Shown here piece after piece: positions 19,278 through 28,665 of a stretch of 64,000 nucleotides of DNA; the stretch's first letter is position 1, and each line of letters opens with the position of its first letter. Both the position numbers and the translations under genes were made by a program. Under the pieces are notes generated by a model. The model was not told the origin of the DNA. It did not search any database and saw only the letters and a list, made by a program, of their open reading frames with translations. The DNA comes from Candidatus Omnitrophota bacterium (GTDB lineage: Bacteria > Omnitrophota > Gorgyraeia > Duberdicusellales > 4484-171), in contig PMCS01000029.1 of NCBI GenBank assembly GCA_003154195.1, forward strand, positions 24,142-88,141, given 5' to 3'.

Positions 19278-19484
19278 ATGAGCGAAATTATATTTATTAT
19301 TGAAAATTCCGACGAAGGCGGCTACACCGCCAAAGCCCTCGGTTATTCCATTTATACCGAGGCAGAAACCATGGAAGAGCTGAAAGAAAACATTAAAGAC
19401 GCGGTAAAATGCCACATTGACGCTAAAGAACTACCCCATATCGTTCGTCTTCACATGGTAAAAGACGAAGTAATGGCGATATGA
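19278..19484 (+). CDS. HicB-like antitoxin (short form)
   Basis: EGGYTAKALG..IYTEAETMEEL...DAVKCH. Confidence 0.85.
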   Translation: MSEIIFIIENSDEGGYTAKALGYSIYTEAETMEELKENIKDAVKCHIDAKELPHIVRLHMVKDEVMAI

Positions 19485-19720
19485 GACTACCCAGAGAAAT
19501 TAGCGGCGAAGAACTGGCAAAACTTCTCAAAAAATACGCCTACGAAATTACCCGACAAACCGGCAGCCACATGCGGCTTACTACCACCCTTCAAGGCGAA
19601 CACCACATTACCATCCCTGCGCATAAATATCTTAAAATCGGCACATTAAACGGAATTCTGTCCGATGTTGCCAATCATTTCAAAATAGATAAAAACGATT
19701 TAATTAAAGAATTGTTCTAA
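19481..19720 (+). CDS. HicA-family toxin
   Basis: RQTGSHMRL...TIPAH..LKIGTL. Confidence 0.92.
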   Translation: MRLPREISGEELAKLLKKYAYEITRQTGSHMRLTTTLQGEHHITIPAHKYLKIGTLNGILSDVANHFKIDKNDLIKELF

Positions 19721-19796
19721 CCAACAAATCCAGCCGACCCTGCTCCGCCGTCGCTTCGCTCCTGGCTTCGCAGAGGCGGCTGATTTTTGTGTTAAA
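19715..19796 (+). repeat. attC site
   Basis: TTCTAAC...ATCCAGCCG...CGGCTGAT...GTTAAAT. Confidence 0.9.
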
Positions 19797-19839
19797 TAAT
19801 AAATGGGAATAACAACACGCTTTGATATAATGATTATAG

Positions 19840-20019
19840 ATGAATAAAAGAATCATAAAAATAACAAGCATTAAGAATAAGGACAATGCGTTTGCTTATT
19901 GGCTTTCAAAGCCGGCTAGCGAACGTATCGAAGCCGTCGAGATACTAAGGAAACAGCTCAATGGAAACGCAAAAAGATTTCAAAGAACTATTAGAATTAT
20001 TCAACAAGCACAAGGTTAA
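19840..20019 (+). CDS. Small protein (59 aa), putative antitoxin partner of a nucleotidyltransferase
   Basis: Not in ORF track; MNKRIIK...AYWLSKPASERIEAVEILR; TGaTATAAT just upstream. Confidence 0.65.
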   Translation: MNKRIIKITSIKNKDNAFAYWLSKPASERIEAVEILRKQLNGNAKRFQRTIRIIQQAQG

Positions 20020-20162
20020 ATACATAATCGTCGGCGCCTACGCTCTGGCATTCCCATGGAAACACACCCGCCTACTTTATCGGCAAAAATGATTTTATCG
20101 TAAACAAAAAGTCCCTAGGCCGGCATAAAGACATGGCTGACATAGAATCTATCACTGAATAA
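19961..20162 (+). pseudogene. Nucleotidyltransferase gene with internal deletion and frameshift
   Basis: N-terminus METQKDFKELLELFNKHKVKYIIVGAYALAF joined out of frame to C-terminus GNTPAYFIGKNDFIVNKKSLGRHKDMADIE. Confidence 0.75.
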
Positions 20163-20164
20163 TC

Positions 20165-20219
20165 ATTTAACAAGCCAGCCGACCTCGCCTACGGCGGGCG
20201 ACGAATTTTTGTGTTAGAA
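20165..20219 (+). repeat. Short degenerate attC
   Basis: ATTTAAC...GTTAGAA, 55 bp. Confidence 0.7.
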
Positions 20220-20231
20220 AAGGGAAAAACA

Positions 20232-20825
20232 ATGAAATGGGTAGCTGTTTCACTATTGCTCATGATAACCCTGGGGATAAATTCCAGTGTGGAGCCGGCA
20301 TCATCTGCCGCTCAAGATGAACACATCGAAAAACTCATCCAAGCGTTATACACGCATCCCTGGCCGGGCGCGGAAATGTTTGCCGAGCCGATGGAGTGGG
20401 ATTTTCACTTCACCGAGCCGATACAGGCCCTGCTCGAAATCGGCGCGGCGGCTCAGAAACCGCTTTTAGCGCGGCTTTCGGATCCGGCGATAACGGACCA
20501 GGTCATTTTTTTGCTGGGTGGTGTCGGCGACGAAGAGTCGGTTGGCCCGATAATCGCCGCGATGGAACAGGCGTCAAACCTGCCGGCAGAAAAACGTAAA
20601 AGAATCCTCGAGGTGGGAAATTTGGCACTGACGAATATCACCGTAGCGGATATAATCTGGCACCATGGAGGCGGTATTGTCCTTGACCGCTGCCCGGATG
20701 ACCCGGCCCAATGCTGGGCCCAATGGTGGAAACAAAATAAGGCGACTTTTCGGGTGCGCGATATAAAACAAAGCCGGCGCTACAGCAACTACCCGGGCTA
20801 TGGCATCTATAAAGGCCTGCCGTAA
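20232..20825 (+). CDS. Cassette-borne exported protein, HEAT-like helical repeats
   Basis: Signal peptide; ALLEIG..A..PLL / LGGVGD...VGPII; visibly GC-richer than neighbouring cassettes. Confidence 0.7.
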   Translation: MKWVAVSLLLMITLGINSSVEPASSAAQDEHIEKLIQALYTHPWPGAEMFAEPMEWDFHFTEPIQALLEIGAAAQKPLLARLSDPAITDQVIFLLGGVGDEESVGPIIAAMEQASNLPAEKRKRILEVGNLALTNITVADIIWHHGGGIVLDRCPDDPAQCWAQWWKQNKATFRVRDIKQSRRYSNYPGYGIYKGLP

Positions 20826-20840
20826 ACTCCTGTCACCGTT

Positions 20841-20905
20841 TTCCAACAAATCGTTTCAGCGCACCCGCGAAAAGCGCGAACCGCTTGATTCTTTCTTTAT
20901 AGCCC
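20841..20905 (+). repeat. Degenerate terminal attC
   Basis: TTCCAACAAATCGTTTCAGCGC...CCGCTTGATT; GTT core lost. Confidence 0.55.
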
Positions 20906-20966
20906 TACCTTGCGGTGATGATAATTTATATAAGAAAAGCGGAATTGGCGAAAAAGACAGGAAGCG

Positions 20967-21470
20967 TCAGCTTTTGGTCCTGAGGTCAACAGAAACAGTC
21001 AGCATCGGTATTTCGATAAATTCGTCATCCGCCGGAATAATCGAATCGGCTTTATTCGGCGCCGCGATAAATGCCTTGCCCCCCAAAACCGAAACATCGT
21101 CTTTAAATAAACCCGCGGGGGCATTGCCTTGAAGAAAAATCGAAATGGGAACATTATGGAGTTTGCTTAACATCGCGGCATAAAGGCTTCCGGCAATTGC
21201 GGTAATGCCCTGGTCGGTTTTAGTTTTGTAAAAAATCATCGTTTTGGCGATTTTATTTTTATAGAACAACATCCCCAGGGTGTTATCGGTGCAATACACA
21301 AACGACAACTCGGCGCGTTTTAAAATAGACATATTGTATTTAAGCCCCAGCATAAACGGCCGGTTTTCCGGCAGAATCACCAGATTTCTTTGCCGGCGAA
21401 GTTCCATCACCCCCTCGGGAGATATCGGGCCCCAGATTAAAAATGCGTTATTAATATTTTCTAATTTCAT
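20967..21470 (-). CDS. Degenerate eIF2B/MtnA-like Rossmann-domain protein
   Basis: ENRPFMLG, CTDN and GSLYAAMLSKLHNVP parallel ETRPYLQG, LCDN and GTYAIARLAKHFGIP of the neighbouring gene. Confidence 0.55.
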   Translation of the reverse strand: MKLENINNAFLIWGPISPEGVMELRRQRNLVILPENRPFMLGLKYNMSILKRAELSFVYCTDNTLGMLFYKNKIAKTMIFYKTKTDQGITAIAGSLYAAMLSKLHNVPISIFLQGNAPAGLFKDDVSVLGGKAFIAAPNKADSIIPADDEFIEIPMLTVSVDLRTKS

Positions 21471-21486
21471 AATTAATACTTATATC

Positions 21487-22392
21487 TTATTCAAAAAGAT
21501 TAAGCTCGATCGGTTTGGTGACAAAATCGCCTTTAGTAATATCGAACGCCGGGTATACCGCGTCGACCTGGGAAAAATCTCCCCCTAAAAACATAAACGT
21601 TTCTTCTTTCGGCCTTTCTTCAATCGGGATTGCGTCGATATTAATCTTTATGGGGTACTGAGTTAAAGGATAAAAAGGTATCCCAAAGTGTTTAGCCAGG
21701 CGCGCTATCGCGTAGGTGCCTAATTTATTGATGACATCATTGCCGACGGTAGCGCGGTCGGCGCCGGTTACCACGCAGTTAACGATACCGTTCCGCATCA
21801 AGCTTGCCGCCTGGTTGTCGCAAAGAACTTTTACCGGGATATTATTTTTCTGCAGTTCCCAATAAGTCAGGCGCGTACCCTGCAAATACGGCCGCGTTTC
21901 CGAAACATAAAAACAGGCTTTTTTCCCGAGTTGGGTTAATTCTTCATAAAGATAGAGCAATTCGCCGTTAACATTGCAAATGGTTAGAATATTGGCGGGA
22001 TCGGGCAGGATTTGCGCCAAAGCCAGGCAGCGTTTTTTCCTTGCCCGGTCAAAAGCCCACACAAAGCTTTCCACGGCGTCTTTCACCGTTACCCCGTTGC
22101 CGGTCTGGCGCTTGATAATCGAGGCAAGCGTGTCGAAATCGAAGGTCGGCCGCACCGCCTTGAATTGGCCGCAAATATAATCGACAGTTGTCTCCTGCCG
22201 GAATAAGGCGCAGGAATAAAAAAACAGGAGCACCTGGCCCAGGGAACGGGTCTTCATTTCTTTCAAAACCCACAACGCTTTCGGCAAACCGGTAACTTCG
22301 ATATACTCTTCCTTAAAAGGGATAAGGGTTTCATCCAGAACGACAATCTTATTATCTTTTATTTGAACGGGAAATAAGAGTGGGCTTTCCAT
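21487..22392 (-). CDS. Divergent methylthioribose/5-deoxyribose-1-phosphate isomerase-like protein (MtnA/eIF2B family)
   Basis: TICN, ETRPYLQG, GADR, NKLGTY, IPIEER, PAFD. Confidence 0.85.
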   Translation of the reverse strand: MESPLLFPVQIKDNKIVVLDETLIPFKEEYIEVTGLPKALWVLKEMKTRSLGQVLLFFYSCALFRQETTVDYICGQFKAVRPTFDFDTLASIIKRQTGNGVTVKDAVESFVWAFDRARKKRCLALAQILPDPANILTICNVNGELLYLYEELTQLGKKACFYVSETRPYLQGTRLTYWELQKNNIPVKVLCDNQAASLMRNGIVNCVVTGADRATVGNDVINKLGTYAIARLAKHFGIPFYPLTQYPIKINIDAIPIEERPKEETFMFLGGDFSQVDAVYPAFDITKGDFVTKPIELNLFE

Positions 22393-22418
22393 AATAAAAA
22401 AATTCTTTCGTAATTTTT

Positions 22419-23219
22419 TTATATTAGCTTTTTATAAAGCTTCCTTATTTTCGGCGTGACGGTGAATTTATCGATATTAAAAGACCGGTCTGCTGCCTGC
22501 GCCACCGGCATTATTCCCATCAACGAGCTGGTCAAGAATACTTCATCGCAGTTAAGCAAATCGGTTTTCGTAAATTCTCCTTCGACAATCTTTATTTTAT
22601 TATCCCGGCAGATATCGATAACGGCTTTCCGGGTGACGCCGGCCAGCAAACCGCAGGAAAGGCCGGGTGTAAAAACTTTCTTATTTTTTACTAAAAAAAT
22701 ATTACTGCGGCTGCCTTCCTGTAGAAACCATCTTTCATTCAAAAAAATAGCCTCTTCTTTTTGCTGTTTTTGCGCGGCCAGCCAGGCAATCCGGTTTTTC
22801 ACATAACTCAAAGATTTGACACTCAAAAATTCGTCTTTGGAGTAGCGGATGATATCGGAAAATATTATTTTTGCCCCTTTCTGGTAATCCTCTTCCTTGT
22901 AATAATCAAATTCCGAAACCTGGATGATACAGCCGGCGCCTTTCCTTTTTTTAAAAACATTGATCCGCACGTAAGCATCCTCCAAATCATTTTGAGCCAT
23001 AAGGCTCAAAATGATTTGCTTATAATCTAAATCAGGGCATTCTAATTGCAAAAATTTAGCACCGTCCCTTAAACGGCCGATATGTTCATTCAGAAAAGGA
23101 ATATTTCCGCCGCGCGGCCGGAAAGTCTCGAACACCCCCCAGCCGAATAAATATCCCGGCTCAAGAACTTCCCCCAACGTTTCTTTTTCAACAAATTGAT
23201 TATTACAATATATTTTCAT
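22419..23219 (-). CDS. PLP-dependent class IV aminotransferase / ADC-lyase-like protein
   Basis: GVFET, H..RL, KS, EGSRSNIF, LAGVTR. Confidence 0.9.
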   Translation of the reverse strand: MKIYCNNQFVEKETLGEVLEPGYLFGWGVFETFRPRGGNIPFLNEHIGRLRDGAKFLQLECPDLDYKQIILSLMAQNDLEDAYVRINVFKKRKGAGCIIQVSEFDYYKEEDYQKGAKIIFSDIIRYSKDEFLSVKSLSYVKNRIAWLAAQKQQKEEAIFLNERWFLQEGSRSNIFLVKNKKVFTPGLSCGLLAGVTRKAVIDICRDNKIKIVEGEFTKTDLLNCDEVFLTSSLMGIMPVAQAADRSFNIDKFTVTPKIRKLYKKLI

Positions 23220-23226
23220 AAAATTA

Positions 23227-24114
23227 TCAGCTTATAAATTCCAGAAAATTACCACTGGTTATTTTATTTTTTATACCGGGGCCGAAAGCTTCCAGCTCCC
23301 CGAGATTATCCTGCACGTCGGGATTAACCGGGTAATCCGAGCCCCACAGGATACGGTCGTCGCCGAATAAATCAACGGCAAGTTTTATATTGGTAAGGCT
23401 GGCGCCGGAAGTATCTACGTATATTTTCTTAAGTATTTCCGAAGGCTTTTTCCCTAAATCTTTTACCATACCCCTGGCTTTCAGCATCGGATATACCCGG
23501 TCAAAGCGGTCTTTTAAAAACGGCATTACGCCGCCCAGGGAAGAAAAAATAAACTTGATCCGGTAGCGGTCTAAAACCCCCTGCATCATCAAAATCCCCA
23601 TACACAACGACAAATCAAAACTGTATTCAAGAACCGGCATAAGCAAAGGGTCGTCAACCCGGTCAAACCCTACCGGATTATCCGTCTGGGGATGGATAAA
23701 AACGTTCATCTTATTTGCTTGCAGGGCTTCAAAAACAAGGGTAAGTTTATCGATGACGAACTTGCCGTTATAACTCGACGCCAGGCTTACCGCCTTAAAG
23801 CCTCTCTCCGCCAATTCGGCGATCTGGCCCGGTATATACGAAACATCGTCCATGTTGAGAATCGCGCAGGGGATGATCTTAGGGTTTTCTTTCGCGAGGG
23901 CCTCGACTTCGCCATTATAGATCACCGCTTCCTCTTCGTGGCCGCGCAGCTTTTTATGCGCATCAGTCGAGGGATAAACCAGAAGAGCTTTAGCGATACC
24001 ATTGGCATCGAGAAAATCGTAAAGCTTATCCTTATCCTGCCAAACCCCTTGATAAAAAGAAGTATAGGCGCCGATTGCTTGAGGAATGTAGTGGAGATGA
24101 GCGTCACAGAGCAT
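23227..24114 (-). CDS. Amidohydrolase_2 family protein
   Basis: DAHLH, FIHP, WGSDYP. Confidence 0.88.
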   Translation of the reverse strand: MLCDAHLHYIPQAIGAYTSFYQGVWQDKDKLYDFLDANGIAKALLVYPSTDAHKKLRGHEEEAVIYNGEVEALAKENPKIIPCAILNMDDVSYIPGQIAELAERGFKAVSLASSYNGKFVIDKLTLVFEALQANKMNVFIHPQTDNPVGFDRVDDPLLMPVLEYSFDLSLCMGILMMQGVLDRYRIKFIFSSLGGVMPFLKDRFDRVYPMLKARGMVKDLGKKPSEILKKIYVDTSGASLTNIKLAVDLFGDDRILWGSDYPVNPDVQDNLGELEAFGPGIKNKITSGNFLEFIS

Positions 24115-24122
24115 AATTTATA

Positions 24123-24218
24123 GTTTAGCCAGTTAGGCCTGTTGGTCAGTTTAGCCTGTTGGGACTGTTAAAAGATTTTAACGCTACAACCGGCTAAACC
24201 GACTCAACCGGCTCAACC
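24123..24218. repeat. Family E 9-mer palindrome
   Basis: (GTTTAGCCN)n...(AACCGGCTN)n inverted arms. Confidence 0.9.
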
Positions 24219-24219
24219 A

Positions 24220-25683
24220 TTAAATATGCTTTTCTCCCTTAACCGCGCCTTTTTCCCATTTGCTAACGCCGCGCATGACATCCTGGAAACAAAGTTTAGC
24301 CAATTCGTCAAAAGGGCTGGTCATGATTCTTTGCACGCGGCCGGGTTTAGAAAAAAACTCCCTCATACACCAGGCGCCAAGCCGGCCGAGATCTTCGATG
24401 GATAAATGGTCGGTAGGCATTACCGGATGCAAAAAATCCCATTTCAGAAAATCAATTTTGTCGTAATCGATCCAGCCTTTCTTCATCCCGATTCTCCACA
24501 TGGGAGAATTAGGCGCGGGGGTAACGTAACCGATCCAGAGGATATCCGGGTCGACTTCATCGGTAAACTCAAACCGCTGTTTGATAATCGCTTCGGTGTC
24601 ATAGTCAAAACCCATCATAATATCCGCGACGACCGCGATATTGTTCTTGCGCAAAATCTCGATGGTTTTTTTAATCTGGGCGATGGTTATGCCTTTGGCG
24701 ACTTTTTTCAATTCCTCTTCGGTAGTGACTTCGATGCCGAAAACACCGGTGAACAAACCGGTCTCTTTCATCAGCGGCAAAATATGTTCGCAATTGATCC
24801 AATCGATGGCACGGCCTAAAGACACCCATTTAATCGGGTTGCCTTTAGCTTTTTTTAGATTGCAGAATTTTTCCACGCGCTTGGCGTCGACATTAAAATT
24901 ATCGTCCTGGATGACTACGACTTTAGTGCCGAATTTTTTATGCAACAGCTCAAGTTCCTCGATGACCCTTTCCGGGCTTTTCGCGCGCCAGGTAAGGAAA
25001 TCTTCCGGATGCCGGGGATCGTACTGGTCCCACTCATAACAAAATGTGCACGCCGACGGGCAGCCGCGCGAAGTGACCATTTCCACAAATGGCTTCCAAT
25101 AGGTATGGCCGACGTATTTATCCATGGGAAATAAATCATAGGCCGGCAAAGGCAGCTTATCCAAATCTTTAGAAAGCGGGCAATGCGGCCCCATTACCGG
25201 TTTACCGCTCGCGTCGCGGGTAGTGGCTCCGGCAACATCTTTAAGGTTTTTGCCTTTATCAATCGCTTCGATAAGAGCGTAAAAAGATTCTTCTTCGCCC
25301 ATGACCACATAATCCACGCAAGGATGGCGTTCCATCGTTTGCACCGGCGTGGCGCTGAACCACAGGCCGCCTAAAATAATCTTGGTTTTGGGACAGGCTT
25401 CTTTGATTCTTTTCGCCGTATCGAGAAAATAATGGACAATCGCGTAGCCGCCATAAGAATGAAGCATATCCCCCAATACTACGACATCGGGATTTTTTTC
25501 TTTGACTTGAGCTACCATCGCGTCCGATTCGATAAAAAGCGCCCGGCAGTCCATGACTTCCAGCTTATCGTAACCTTTCTCCCGGATATACGCGCCCCAC
25601 TGGGCATAAAGCTGGTTAGGCGCCCGATGTTCGCCATGCGTCGCCCACGCGCCGACCTTGGGCATTACGAATAATATTTTCAT
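24220..25683 (-). CDS. Cobalamin-dependent radical SAM enzyme (BchE/class B-like)
   Basis: B12-binding N-domain; SRGCPSACTFC; QDDNF. Confidence 0.9.
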   Translation of the reverse strand: MKILFVMPKVGAWATHGEHRAPNQLYAQWGAYIREKGYDKLEVMDCRALFIESDAMVAQVKEKNPDVVVLGDMLHSYGGYAIVHYFLDTAKRIKEACPKTKIILGGLWFSATPVQTMERHPCVDYVVMGEEESFYALIEAIDKGKNLKDVAGATTRDASGKPVMGPHCPLSKDLDKLPLPAYDLFPMDKYVGHTYWKPFVEMVTSRGCPSACTFCYEWDQYDPRHPEDFLTWRAKSPERVIEELELLHKKFGTKVVVIQDDNFNVDAKRVEKFCNLKKAKGNPIKWVSLGRAIDWINCEHILPLMKETGLFTGVFGIEVTTEEELKKVAKGITIAQIKKTIEILRKNNIAVVADIMMGFDYDTEAIIKQRFEFTDEVDPDILWIGYVTPAPNSPMWRIGMKKGWIDYDKIDFLKWDFLHPVMPTDHLSIEDLGRLGAWCMREFFSKPGRVQRIMTSPFDELAKLCFQDVMRGVSKWEKGAVKGEKHI

Positions 25684-25705
25684 TGTGAATCCTCCTCTTG
25701 TATTT

Positions 25706-25870
25706 GTTTTGCCGGTTTGGCCGGTTTGGCCGGTTTGGCCGGTTGAGCCGGTTAAAACATTTTATATAATCAAACGGCATTTAAAACAGTCTTAATAAGT
25801 TAAATAGGGCTTGCTGAATTCAATTAATTCAACCAGCTAAACCGGCTTAACAGGCTCAACTGGCTAAACA
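25706..25870. repeat. Family E 9-mer palindrome
   Basis: (GCCGGTTTG)n left arm; AACCAGCTA/AACCGGCTT right arm. Confidence 0.9.
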
Positions 25871-25872
25871 GT

Positions 25873-26637
25873 TTATTTCTCAGGATGTTTCTGCTTAAAC
25901 GGTATAACCGGCTTAGTCCACGGCGTAGTCTGGTTGATTACCGCTAACTCCAGGGGACAGGCATTGGCCGGCTGCTTCAACGCGAATAAAATCGCGTCGG
26001 CGATTGTTTCCGGTTCCATAAGCCTTCCCGCTTCGCCTGATACATCTTTTAATTTTCCGGTTAAAGGCGTGTCAGTTACCCCGGGAAAAATCGAAGTCAC
26101 CTTGATGCCAAAATCCCTCATTTCCCAGAATAAGCCTTTGGCAAACGCCCGCAAACCCACTTTCAATGAGGTATAAACTAAAAAATTTCTCGGCGGCGGC
26201 TCGACCATCACCGAACCGGAAGTGATATTGATAATGTGGCCGCATTTCCGGTCCTTCATATGATTGACCACCAGGCGCGCCAACATCACATAGCTGAAGT
26301 AATTAGTGTACATCACTTTCTCGATATCTTCAAGGGGTTGTTCCCAGAAGGGATGCTGGCTGGAAACACCGGCGCCGTTGATTACAACATCGATTTTTTT
26401 GTATTCGAGCAGAGTAGTATTGATTAAACTTTCTAAGTCCTTCTGTTTCGTAACATCGCACTGCACGCAAAGAATATTTTCCTTGCCCTTCACCTTCGCC
26501 TTTAAGTCTTCCAGAACTTCCAGTCGGCGCGCCGCCAATACCAGTGTCGCTCCTTCTCCCGCCAGTTTCTCCACCACCGCTTTACCAATCCCGCCAGACG
26601 CGCCGGTAATAATACAAACTTTGCCTTTTAAACTCAT
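25873..26637 (-). CDS. SDR oxidoreductase
   Basis: TGASGGIG; YTSLK (YxxxK). Confidence 0.93.
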   Translation of the reverse strand: MSLKGKVCIITGASGGIGKAVVEKLAGEGATLVLAARRLEVLEDLKAKVKGKENILCVQCDVTKQKDLESLINTTLLEYKKIDVVINGAGVSSQHPFWEQPLEDIEKVMYTNYFSYVMLARLVVNHMKDRKCGHIINITSGSVMVEPPPRNFLVYTSLKVGLRAFAKGLFWEMRDFGIKVTSIFPGVTDTPLTGKLKDVSGEAGRLMEPETIADAILFALKQPANACPLELAVINQTTPWTKPVIPFKQKHPEK

Positions 26638-26686
26638 GATTTACTCCTTTTTTTAAAAAACATAATCTTTAAGGATAAAGCAAAAT

Positions 26687-26839
26687 TTTCACCACCCGCT
26701 CGTCCCGCCTATGGCGGGACTCGCTAGAGAACACAGGGGGCGCGGAGAAAAACTGTTGATTTCAAACATTTTCCTTTCTCTGTGAGTTCGGTCCCTTCCG
26801 GGAGGCTACGCTTCGCTTTGCACTGCGCTCTGTGGTAAG
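26687..26839. repeat. Family M palindrome with nested mini-hairpins
   Basis: CACCAC...AGAGAACACAG / CTCTGTG...CTCTGTGGT arms, interrupted by GTCCCGCCTATGGCGGGAC and GTCCCTTCCGGGAGGCTACGCTTCGC. Confidence 0.7.
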
Positions 26840-26875
26840 AATTTTTTTATTTTTCTAGCATCGATCTTCTACAAT

Positions 26876-28006
26876 CTATGGTCTACGCACATCTGCTAAT
26901 AATCTGCTTGCCGCAATCCCTAAAATCACCAATGCCGCCGCCGTAATCCCGAAATGCGTTTTAAAACCAAAATAAAGAATCAAAACATTCGCCGCCAGCG
27001 CCCCCAGGCCGCCGGAAATAAACCGCACCGAGCTATTTAAGCTGGCGGCTTCGTTAACGAATTTCTTCGGCAAATCCGTAAGCAATGCCGAGACGCCGGC
27101 GTGATTAAACGTCCAGCCCATACCCCATATTATCATAATCACCGAAAGAATATATACCGGCGATTTAAAAAATAAAGCGGCAAGCGAAACAACCATAAGA
27201 AACAAGCCCCACTCCATCGTCTTAAGCCGGCCGGACTTGTCGGCCAGCTTTCCGCCGAAGATTTCGCCGAAAACCCCGCTTAGGCTGGTAAGGGTAACCA
27301 GCATGCTGATCGTAAACTGGTTCAGGAAAAAACTTTTAGAGAAATAAACCGCGAACCACTGCTGCGCGCCATGGTAAAGCAGGCTGATAAAAAATATATA
27401 GGTAAAAATAGCCAATACCCGCTTGTCCCGGAACGCATCTAAATAATTTACTTTAAAACCGCTTTCTTGTTTAAAGCTCGGCAGATACATCCAGACATGA
27501 ATCCAAAGAAGTATCCCGAAAATTCCGGGTATCCAAAAAATCATCCGCCAATGCACGATGCCGCTTAAAAATAAACCCAACAGCGACGACGCGTAACTTG
27601 CGGCAAAAAATTTGCCGATGGTTCTGCCTCGCGCTTTCTCTTCGACATGGTTAGCGATGAGGATAAGGACCAAAGGCGTGACCGAAGCGCCAAATAGCCC
27701 CAAAAACAAACGCGCCCAGAACAGAACATCGATATTCCAAGCAATCGCCGCCAGGATATTCGCCAGAGAAAAAAAGAACAAACAGAATAACTCTATTTTC
27801 TTAATATCGAAACGCCGGGCCAACGGCCCGTATAAAAGAGCCGCCAAACCGTAAGGCAGCATATATATCCAGACCAGCTTTCCCGCGGAATATTGCGAAA
27901 CGCCGAAACAAGCGGCAATCGAAGGAAGCAGGGCGGCACAAGCCGCCACGTTAAAAGAAAGAACCGCGCCCTCAAGGCAAAGCAACACAAACGTCGTTCT
28001 GGTCAT
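26876..28006 (-). CDS. MFS transporter
   Basis: About 12 TM segments; GPLARRFD and GKLADKSGR motifs. Confidence 0.9.
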   Translation of the reverse strand: MTRTTFVLLCLEGAVLSFNVAACAALLPSIAACFGVSQYSAGKLVWIYMLPYGLAALLYGPLARRFDIKKIELFCLFFFSLANILAAIAWNIDVLFWARLFLGLFGASVTPLVLILIANHVEEKARGRTIGKFFAASYASSLLGLFLSGIVHWRMIFWIPGIFGILLWIHVWMYLPSFKQESGFKVNYLDAFRDKRVLAIFTYIFFISLLYHGAQQWFAVYFSKSFFLNQFTISMLVTLTSLSGVFGEIFGGKLADKSGRLKTMEWGLFLMVVSLAALFFKSPVYILSVIMIIWGMGWTFNHAGVSALLTDLPKKFVNEAASLNSSVRFISGGLGALAANVLILYFGFKTHFGITAAALVILGIAASRLLADVRRP

Positions 28007-28069
28007 TAATTTCTTTGATTATAAACCGAAAACCAATTCATCTTAAAATTATCATTTATCATTTTAAGC

Positions 28070-28432
28070 TTAATCCAAAACCGTTTCGTCAACCGCTCGC
28101 CAGGCCGGATCTACGATACATAAAAATTTTAACATCTTTTTCCCGGTATTTTTTATGCACTGAACCACCTCAGGCGGGATGTAGATAACGCTATCGGGAA
28201 AAACTTTCTTTTGTTCATTATCGATATACATAATCCCCGCTCCCTCAAGGATGTAATATACTTCCGATGTTTTCAGGCTATGCCGGACGGTAGTCTTACC
28301 GGGTTTTACCTGGGCGTAAGCTAAACTATAACGCAGGCTCAAACCAGCCTTGGCCGGGTGTAAAAGTTCCCTTAAAACACACTGGTCTCCCGCAGTAAAT
28401 TTTTTGCACTCTTTTAAACGTCTGATAAACAT
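28070..28432 (-). CDS. Cupin domain protein
   Basis: H...SEVYYILEG.G...IPP...Q.IKNTG. Confidence 0.88.
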   Translation of the reverse strand: MFIRRLKECKKFTAGDQCVLRELLHPAKAGLSLRYSLAYAQVKPGKTTVRHSLKTSEVYYILEGAGIMYIDNEQKKVFPDSVIYIPPEVVQCIKNTGKKMLKFLCIVDPAWRAVDETVLD

Positions 28433-28665
28433 AACTTTTTTATGTTAAACCGCTCCGGCCAATTTATTTTTTGCTCTCTATTTCTTTCTTTTTGTTTCTC
28501 TCGTCCCACGTCCCAGCGGCTGCTGCCGCGGGACACCCCCCATCCTTCGGCCTTTTTCCTTATCCCTTCCCTCATCCTCGCCATCTCGTCACCTTTGGTG
28601 ACGGATGGCGAGGTCTCGCCAATTTGTTAACCAAATTGGCGGACTTCATCTCTCAATATCTCCCC

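Larger units (their letters stand above)
17032..20905 (+). mobile_element. Integron cassette array
   Basis: Successive attC sites whose inverse cores complement the preceding core (GTTAGGC/GCCTAAC, GTTAGAC/GTCTAAC, GTTAGAA/TTCTAAC, GTTAAAT/ATTTAAC). Confidence 0.92.

Noticed and set aside
25706-25870. CRISPR array or simple VNTR
   Set aside because: The 9-mer units have no spacers and form inverted arms; no cas genes or repeat-spacer arrays are seen in the window.
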